Below are positions 60,691 through 64,000 of a DNA stretch of 64,000 bases, piece after piece; position 1 is the first letter of the stretch, and every line of letters begins with the position of its first letter. A program made the position numbers and the translations under genes. A model generated the notes under the pieces. The model was given only the letters and a program-made list of their open reading frames with translations, was not told the origin of the DNA and did not search any database. The stretch is from Clostridia bacterium (GTDB lineage Bacteria > Bacillota > Clostridia > Oscillospirales > CAG-272), in assembly GCA_017462605.1 (NCBI GenBank), contig JAFTQV010000071.1, positions 15,336-79,335 of the forward strand, read 5' to 3'.

Positions 60691-60880
60691 CCGAGGAGAC
60701 GGGAATTTCGCCCTTGGCGAATATTTCCACACTCTGCGCCCGGAAAGCGAGCTTTCCGATCTTCGAGTGAGAAATGTGAACCCGATTCGCGCGACTAATC
60801 TGAGTGCTAACAAGGCACGCTTAGAAGCATAGTGCGAGCAACGTGTAAAGCGCGAGCAGGTTCAATGGGAGTCTCCCACA
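60691..60880. ncRNA. candidate structured RNA (unclassified), strand undetermined
   Basis: GC-rich and ORF-free. Nested Watson-Crick helices: 60695-700/60871-876, 60702-712/60716-728, 60730-734/60765-769 enclosing 60741-747/60752-758, 60777-782/60859-864, 60787-792/60850-855, and 60804-807/60815-818. Confidence 0.4.
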
Positions 60881-60922
60881 CTTTTATTTGTGAGTAATCT
60901 GAATTTTTAATACCATATTAAA

Positions 60923-60975
60923 ATGGGTGCAAATTTTGGAATTATGGGTGCATTTTGGTGAAAGGCTTTGCACCT
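60923..60975. repeat. two direct ATGGGTGCA boxes 21 bp apart plus one inverted GGTGCA half-site
   Basis: Boxes lie at 60923-60931 and 60944-60952. TGCACC lies at 60969-60974. Confidence 0.6.
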
Positions 60976-61061
60976 ATTTTTATTCTAAGTATTATGGTTT
61001 CTTTATGGATTTGCTTAACGAAAATCAAACCATTAAAATCAACATTTATTTTAACCATGCA

Positions 61062-61493
61062 TCAGGTATATGAATGAAACATTTCCAAAAATTCTTGATG
61101 CAGATTCATCCATTCTTCTTTAAAAATTGCTTTTTGTTTTAAAATTGCTTTAGCTCGTTGCCTATATTCATATTTTTCGTCTTCCTCTAACATCATAATT
61201 CTCATTCTTGAATCGCCACAAAATTTATAATACGGAGCAATAAGGTCTAAGTGAGCAATTATTTCATTACATAATCCAATAAAGCCGCATTTGGATAAAA
61301 GAAGTTTCCTTTTGATTTGTCTATATGTTTCGAATACCACAGACACGAAGAAATATTCATCCCGTGTCAAAGATTTTTTTGCATCAAGCAAATTTACGAT
61401 TGCAGATACTATTTCGCTTGGTGTAAAAAACGCAGTTTCGTTTTCATTCTTGAAAATTTTGTTTACCCTAAATCCATATGTAAATATGCTCAT
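61062..61493 (-). CDS. hypothetical protein (143 aa), no recognisable motif
   Basis: An ORF with RBS AAAGGA upstream, 16 nt after the preceding gene, in the AT-rich island. Confidence 0.6.
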   Translation of the reverse strand: MSIFTYGFRVNKIFKNENETAFFTPSEIVSAIVNLLDAKKSLTRDEYFFVSVVFETYRQIKRKLLLSKCGFIGLCNEIIAHLDLIAPYYKFCGDSRMRIMMLEEDEKYEYRQRAKAILKQKAIFKEEWMNLHQEFLEMFHSYT

Positions 61494-61509
61494 ATTTTAT
61501 AATCCTTTA

Positions 61510-62313
61510 CTATGCATTTAATATTTCTTTTATTCTGGTTGGAACATTTTTTAATTCTACACAACCGTAATTTAAATGGCTGTTTCCTGAATACTCACAC
61601 AAAACAAATGCGGAAAAATCGGTTTCAACTGCAAACAATCTAACTTTTTCTGCTTCGGTATGCACCAAAAAAATAAAAACGTTTTGGCATATTGAGTTCG
61701 GGGCATATCTGAAGGAATATACAATAGCAAGTTCTCCATCTAAATTCTCAATGGATATCGCACAAAGGCCCACAAGTGTATGAGGCAGTGGCGCATGCGG
61801 TATTGTAGCACACACATTAAGTAAAAAAATACCAGCCTCATCTCCTCTAATATTGTTCGTAAGTCTTGCTCCACCATTATCTTTTAACCTTGAATAAATA
61901 GCATCCAACTCATCGCACAAATCATTTTCTGCCGCACCTTCATCCTTATCGTCATCGTAATAATTGTCGGAATATTTGCCTAATTTATGTTCACGGTTAA
62001 AATCATCGCAAAATTTTTCTATTTCGCCATCTACATCTATTCCTTCGCCTCTCATATCTTGTTTAGCTTTCTCGACCAAGTTATGAGCTATTTCTCTTTT
62101 TTGTTCAAATGACAGGCTGTTCCAATCGTCATTATAGGATTCTTTATCAATTGCATGTTGTAAAGCCACTCCAATAATAATATCTAAGACCAACAAAACA
62201 ATCCCCCAAATTAGTAGTGAACTGTTTCCGCTTACTGCACCACCTATAATCAAGCCAATAAGCAAAGGAAAAAGAATCTGCGTTAATGTTTTTGCTCCGT
62301 TCATTTTAATCAT
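61510..62313 (-). CDS. hypothetical membrane protein (2 N-terminal TM helices, acidic linker, ~130-aa C-terminal domain)
   Basis: TM segments LTQILFPLLIGLIIGGAV and LLIWGIVLLVLDIIIGVAL. The start may be the second ATG at 62304, which has better spacing from AGGA. Confidence 0.6.
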   Translation of the reverse strand: MIKMNGAKTLTQILFPLLIGLIIGGAVSGNSSLLIWGIVLLVLDIIIGVALQHAIDKESYNDDWNSLSFEQKREIAHNLVEKAKQDMRGEGIDVDGEIEKFCDDFNREHKLGKYSDNYYDDDKDEGAAENDLCDELDAIYSRLKDNGGARLTNNIRGDEAGIFLLNVCATIPHAPLPHTLVGLCAISIENLDGELAIVYSFRYAPNSICQNVFIFLVHTEAEKVRLFAVETDFSAFVLCEYSGNSHLNYGCVELKNVPTRIKEILNA

Positions 62314-62337
62314 CCTATTTAGTAATTGATTTTGTTC

Positions 62338-62585
62338 TTACAAAAAAGTATCATTTTCAATGTCATAGTAATATCCGCCATTTTTACACTGCTTTCGCTT
62401 TATTGGCAAACCACTATCAATCAAATATTTCAAATTTCTCCCAACAGTTTTTCTCGTGCAAAATATCTCGATGTCGTTAAGATAATTAGCAATTACTGTT
62501 TGGGTAGCAGGGTAATCATACGCTGTGTAATTATATAAAATCCTAAAATATGTACTATGATAGTTTTCTTTAGTTTTTTCTGCAT
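62338..62585 (-). pseudogene. small winged-HTH (HTH_11/DeoR-N-like) regulator gene interrupted by a 1-nt frameshift
   Basis: ATG 62585 behind GAGGGGG opens a frame that stops at 62493. The next frame encodes 'FRILYNYTAYDYPATQTVIANYLNDIEIFCTRKTVGRNLKYLIDSGLPIKRK...' down to TAA 62338. Adding one T in the T4 run at 62545-62548 restores an 83-aa ORF. Confidence 0.55.
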
Positions 62586-62606
62586 AACTAATACCCCCTC
62601 ATTTAT

Positions 62607-62615
62607 ATTATAACA
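62607..62615 (-). promoter_or_regulatory. extended -10 promoter element (TGtTATAAT) for the wHTH operon
   Basis: On the minus strand, tgtTATAAT sits ~7 nt upstream of the RBS. The -35 is poor. Confidence 0.45.
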
Positions 62616-62660
62616 AATGCCAGTGGACAAAAAACGCCCTTCATAAGTAAAAACGAAAAT

Positions 62661-62697
62661 AAAACAAAAAAAGTGCGGCAACCGAAGTTAACCGCAC
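62661..62697 (-). terminator. intrinsic terminator (UUCG-loop hairpin plus U7)
   Basis: On the minus strand, gtgcgg-tt-aac-ttcg-gtt-g-ccgcac followed by tttttttgtttt. Confidence 0.7.
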
Positions 62698-62721
62698 CGA
62701 AAAACGCAAACTCCGATTGTC

Positions 62722-62886
62722 GCGAAACAAATTTCAAGCAAATAGGGACAAGCCACGTATTCAAACCTGTTGGAATTTACGATTTTACCAAATTCTATGA
62801 TTTGAATAATTATGGCTAAAAAAGGATATACCTATCCCAATAGATAAAAATATCCCTATAATTGCTTGATATGAAATTTGTTTCGC
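62722..62886. repeat. 15-bp perfect inverted repeat (GCGAAACAAATTTCA) flanking 135 bp
   Basis: The arms at 62722-62736 and 62872-62886 are exact reverse complements. Confidence 0.95.
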
Positions 62887-62892
62887 ATACTT

Positions 62893-62921
62893 ATTATACA
62901 CCCTTTTAGAAAATATTTCAA
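62893..62921 (-). promoter_or_regulatory. consensus sigma-A promoter firing into the inverted-repeat unit
   Basis: On the minus strand: TTGAAA (62921-62916), 17 nt, TATAAT (62898-62893). The predicted TSS (~62886) coincides with the first base of the repeat arm. Confidence 0.7.
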
Positions 62922-62961
62922 TAGTTTTGGGACAGAAAAAGAGAAGAATTTATAAAAAGAC

Positions 62962-63013
62962 ATAAATTGAACGATACCCTATAAATTGAACGAAAAGGGT
63001 ATAAAGTGAACGA
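62962..63013. repeat. three iteron-like direct repeats ATAAA(T/G)TGAACGA at 19-20 bp spacing
   Basis: Copies lie at 62962-62974, 62981-62993 and 63001-63013. The middle copy is bracketed by the inverted ATACCCT/AGGGTAT. Confidence 0.9.
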
Positions 63014-63041
63014 TTTATATTTTACGGCTAAAACAAAAAAA

Positions 63042-63300
63042 GCTTGCGAGGATGAAAACCATCCCGGCAAGGCTTGTAAATTTAATGAAATCCTGCGTTG
63101 CATGATGAAATCCAAATAAATTTGGATGAAATATTCGGTGTGCCACCTCAGATGAAATCAAATCCGCCCCTCATCACCCCGCGTGAGCGGGATTTCATCG
63201 CGTGCGCATACCGCTTGCGGTATATTGCGTCATTCGGCGTGTCCGCCCGCCGAATAGCAAATTTCATCCACAAAGTGGATTTATTCCGACGAAGGCGGAT
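63042..63300. ncRNA. GC-rich hairpin array with dyad-arranged GATGAAATC motifs (candidate structured RNA or protein-binding/origin-like DNA)
   Basis: Hairpins lie at 63042-63073, 63110-63127, 63151-63199, 63205-63229, 63232-63255, 63266-63280 and 63285-63299. (G)ATGAAAT(C) runs forward at ~63085, 63104, 63125 and 63151, and reversed at ~63191 and 63262. Confidence 0.4.
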
Positions 63301-63306
63301 TTAGTT

Positions 63307-63347
63307 AAAAAAGACTGCAATTTTGTATCAAAATTACAGTCTTTTTT
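63307..63347. terminator. bidirectional intrinsic terminator
   Basis: 14-bp stem aagactgcaatttt/aaaattacagtctt. The single C-A mismatch on the plus strand becomes G-U on the minus strand. An A6 run precedes it and a T6 run follows. Confidence 0.8.
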
Positions 63348-63489
63348 GTGAGTAACTTATGGAAAGGATACAAAATTGAAAGCGGATGAATTAAGCAAAA
63401 ACGGATGAGTTTTTTGAAAACGGTTTCAATTTTAATTATTCGGCTGAATTTATAGTCTGCTGACTATAAAATGATGTAAGATATTCAAG

Positions 63490-63813
63490 CTACATAATAA
63501 TTTCGGTTTTAAAAAAATGCTCCTGAAAAGCAACCTTATCTAAAATTTCGTCTTTTGTAAAAGACAATCCTCTGGGAGCCACAACCAATTTATCTTCAAC
63601 ATCATCAAGTCGATGAATAATGGCAATCACTTTTCCAATGAATTCTTTAATGGGGTAATCCACCCCTAATATGTATGCATCTTGTTCTTCACCGTCCTCC
63701 GCAATTATACTGGGGATATATCCATAATTAACGGAATAAATTATGTCTTTATAATTTGGATGGTGAGAACCCAGTGGTCTATCAATGATAACTTTTACAA
63801 TGTTTCCAATCAT
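63490..63813 (-). CDS. small inorganic-pyrophosphatase-like protein (107 aa)
   Basis: 'NYGYIP....EDGEEQDAYILG' resembles the family-I PPase Asp-rich signature region in a truncated format. Confidence 0.5.
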   Translation of the reverse strand: MIGNIVKVIIDRPLGSHHPNYKDIIYSVNYGYIPSIIAEDGEEQDAYILGVDYPIKEFIGKVIAIIHRLDDVEDKLVVAPRGLSFTKDEILDKVAFQEHFFKTEIIM

Positions 63814-63817
63814 ATTA

Positions 63818-64000
63818 TCAACTATCCATATTGGTCTTTGTGGTATTGATTGAAGAAATCAACATTCTTCTGATAGCACTGCAATCGTGTAAAAGGGATT
63901 TCAGAACATCATAGGTAAAAATCTCGGATTTTTGAATAAGTTCAAGCCAATATTCCGTTTCATAACATTCCTTTAACGCAATTTGAAGCTTGGATATAAA
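63818..64000 (-). CDS. four-helix-bundle protein (23S rRNA-IVS-protein family), C-terminal part; 5' end outside the window
   Basis: The minus-strand frame is open from 64000 and reads FISKLQIALKECYETEYWLELIQKSEIF...DCSAIRRMLISSINT* with 'E(T)EYWLEL', the family hallmark. It is not in the ORF track because it has no start codon inside the window. Confidence 0.6.
   Translation of the reverse strand, partial: FISKLQIALKECYETEYWLELIQKSEIFTYDVLKSLLHDCSAIRRMLISSINTTKTNMDS

Larger units (their letters stand above)
59940..64000. other. AT-rich accessory region (putative horizontally acquired segment; right end beyond the window)
   Basis: GC content is visibly lower than the flanking housekeeping genes (judged by eye, not computed). 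The genes here are unrecognisable and about 1.4 kb has no ORF. No integrase or transposase was seen. Confidence 0.5.

Noticed and set aside
60994-61077. 27-aa plus-strand ORF (MVSLWICLTKIKPLKSTFILTMHQVYE) overlapping the 3' end of the 143-aa gene, and a 12-codon ORF MGANFGIMGAFW at 60924-60962, as possible type I toxins or micropeptides
   Set aside because: Neither has an RBS or a convincing TM helix. The 12-codon ORF is just the reading of the ATGGGTGCA direct repeats.
63084-63269. Repeated GATGAAATC motifs as a possible CRISPR array
   Set aside because: The repeats are only ~9 nt, irregularly spaced (19-70 nt) and present in both orientations, with no cas genes. They are inconsistent with CRISPR.
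62918-63304. ORFs of 65 aa (62918-63115, minus strand) and 68 aa (63098-63304, plus strand) in the non-coding block
   Set aside because: They have no Shine-Dalgarno sequence. Their sequence is dictated by the iterons and hairpin arms they overlap, and their composition is unlike that of the proteins here.

Overview
This is a 64-kb chromosomal window from a Firmicutes/Clostridia-type genome. That assignment is an inference from the B. subtilis-like holB-ricT-yabB-rsmI block, an archaeal-type ProRS, a SpoIIIE/FtsK translocase, BspA-type LRR lipoproteins, GGAGG ribosome-binding sites and sigma-A promoters with exact 17-bp spacers. I call about 50 protein genes. Most are housekeeping or transport: two COG0523 metallochaperone-like genes, murA, pdxK, yajC, cysE, ttcA, ftsK, glyA, cysS, potABCD, proS, ligA, several ABC and MFS transporters, and an NCS2 purine permease. 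I recognised no rRNA, tRNA, CRISPR array, transposase or integrase. Notable items in the core region are a near-perfect 57-bp tandem repeat encoding a His/Asp/Cys metal-binding cassette, an orphan 1258-aa DUF4011/Upf1-like helicase with a [12 protein letters not shown] C-terminus, a PotC-PotD fusion, and a sugar-binding lipoprotein paired with a GPH/MFS symporter. The most unusual part is the last ~4 kb (about 59.9-64.0 kb). It is visibly AT-rich and contains an uncharacterised three-gene operon: a frameshifted wHTH gene, a 2-TM protein and a small protein. It also holds about 1.4 kb of ORF-free DNA with two GC-rich, hairpin-dense candidate RNAs. One further unit has a consensus promoter, a 15-bp perfect inverted repeat and an intrinsic terminator (sRNA, MITE or inverton). 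The same DNA carries three iteron-like direct repeats and a dyad-symmetric array of GATGAAATC motifs. All functional calls rest on motif recognition by eye; no database search or folding program was run.
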